From Trypanosoma brucei (taxonomy: Eukaryota): a stretch of DNA of 64,000 nucleotides. Positions 63,252 through 64,000 of the stretch are shown piece after piece. Where the stretch lies: NCBI GenBank assembly GCA_000002445.1, contig CP000069.1, positions 768,001 through 832,000 on the forward strand, read 5' to 3'. The position numbers and the translations under genes are program-made. The notes below the pieces were generated by a model. That model saw only the letters and a program-made list of their open reading frames with translations, made no database searches and was not told the DNA's origin. The first letter of the stretch is position 1; each line of letters starts with the position of its first letter.

Positions 63252-64000
63252 ATGAGTATAGCGCGGTTGGAGCCATCTGTAAACGATGAGACCCAACGGG
63301 GAAATTTAGCACGAGAGGAGGAGGATGAGGAAGTTCAACAGGAAGGATCGGAGCGGGAAGTCCCTTACAGTCACGTCTCCGACGGCACCGATAATGAGGA
63401 TTATACGGGGGACGTGACAGGTGGTGAGGAGAGCGATTACGAAGAGGGATCTGAGGTGGAGCAAGAAAACCTTCTGTCATTCTCTGCATTCCCCTTGGAG
63501 GCTATTGGTGGTCAACACGTCATGGTTATAACGGCATTCCGCCGCTTTGTTGCTGTAGGCACTAGTCGTGGCGACGTGGTGCTGCTGGAAGCCACGAGTG
63601 GCGTAGTGTTTCGATTGCTTCACGCTCATACCAACCCTATTAGTGATATCACTTGTGACACCAGTGAAAAGTACATTGGTTCTTCAGATATGTCAGGGTT
63701 GGTCACCATACACAATCTTACTGGTGGTACGGAGTCCTACAGGAAGGATTTTGGTCGCTCGATCAAGTCGTTATCTATTCATCCCTTTTATGGTCGCAGG
63801 GACGAACGGCCTGCTGTTGTTTCTAGTTCTGACGATGTTATGCTCATCACCAAAACTATGTTTCTTGGCCGAAATGTTTCGGTTATACACCAAAAGCACG
63901 GAAAGGTGTTTTGTGTGAAGTGGTGCGGTGCCGACATTATTGCATGGGCAAGTGAGACTGGTGTTGTATTATACAGTTATTCAGGAAAGGAGGTACTGCA
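63252..64000 (+). CDS. Vacuolar protein sorting Vps41 homologue, N-terminal part (runs off the window edge)
   Basis: ATG at 63252 with a TAG in frame just upstream. An acidic N-terminus is followed by HVMVITAFRRFVAVGTSRGDVVLLEATSG...KVFCVKWCGADIIAWASETGVVLYS. This is collinear with human VPS41 (CMTVHDKFLALGTHYGKVYLLDVQGN...IRSVKWRGHLIAWANNMGVKIFD). No stop before position 64000. It is absent from the ORF track because it is unterminated. Confidence 0.7.
   Translation, partial: MSIARLEPSVNDETQRGNLAREEEDEEVQQEGSEREVPYSHVSDGTDNEDYTGDVTGGEESDYEEGSEVEQENLLSFSAFPLEAIGGQHVMVITAFRRFVAVGTSRGDVVLLEATSGVVFRLLHAHTNPISDITCDTSEKYIGSSDMSGLVTIHNLTGGTESYRKDFGRSIKSLSIHPFYGRRDERPAVVSSSDDVMLITKTMFLGRNVSVIHQKHGKVFCVKWCGADIIAWASETGVVLYSYSGKEVL

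Noticed and set aside
1-64000. Prokaryotic-style interpretation: operons, RBS, CRISPR, defence islands
   Set aside because: The sequence has clear kinetoplastid hallmarks. Protein sets are eukaryote-specific (importin-alpha, SmE, Vps41, USP, NOM1). The + strand ORFs are intronless and separated by polyY and AG signals. Microsatellites are abundant. There are no CRISPR-like direct repeats, no Shine-Dalgarno spacing and no prokaryotic gene families.

Overview
This is eukaryotic DNA, not prokaryotic. The organisation is typical of a trypanosomatid, most likely a Trypanosoma species, but the species cannot be fixed from sequence alone.

- **Gene organisation.** There are 24 intronless protein-coding ORFs, every one on the + strand. 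Each is preceded by a polypyrimidine tract and an AG, as expected for trans-splicing. The window is therefore one piece of a unidirectional polycistronic transcription unit with no strand switch.
- **Start codons.** The ORF track accepts GTG and TTG starts. Several N-termini were therefore re-anchored to the first in-frame ATG.
- **Genes recognised by conserved motifs.**
  - METTL9/DREV-like methyltransferase.
  - A three-RRM RNA-binding protein with a proline-rich repeat N-terminus.
  - A bacterial-type redox chaperone Hsp33, with an intact CXC...CXXC zinc centre.
  - Importin-alpha.
  - A protein containing a MIF4G domain (an eIF4G-type fold) and an MA3 domain, most like the nucleolar MIF4G protein NOM1/Sgd1.
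  - A NUDIX hydrolase.
  - A USP-type deubiquitinase with a ZnF-UBP domain.
  - The snRNP core protein SmE.
  - A ZNF598/Hel2-like RING plus C2H2 protein with poly-Asn tracts.
  - A calcyphosin-like EF-hand protein.
  - Pyridoxal kinase.
  - A GNAT acetyltransferase.
  - An EMC4-like small membrane protein.
  - The N-terminus of Vps41, which runs off the 3' edge.
  - Several long hypothetical proteins.
- **Accessory content.**
  - An approximately 4 kb degenerate retroelement at about 9.5 to 13.45 kb. It carries a gag-like CCHC knuckle, an LTR/DIRS-type reverse-transcriptase thumb segment and an RNase H, and is broken by many frameshifts. A VIPER-like (DIRS-type) origin is the best guess.
  - A candidate C/D-box snoRNA at 38681-38776.
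  - Two long ORF-free intervals, 5.9-9.5 kb and 27.2-30.1 kb. Both are packed with microsatellites ((TA)n, (GT)n, (CA)n, (CAA)n, (GGAA)n) and G homopolymers of 8 to 11 bases.
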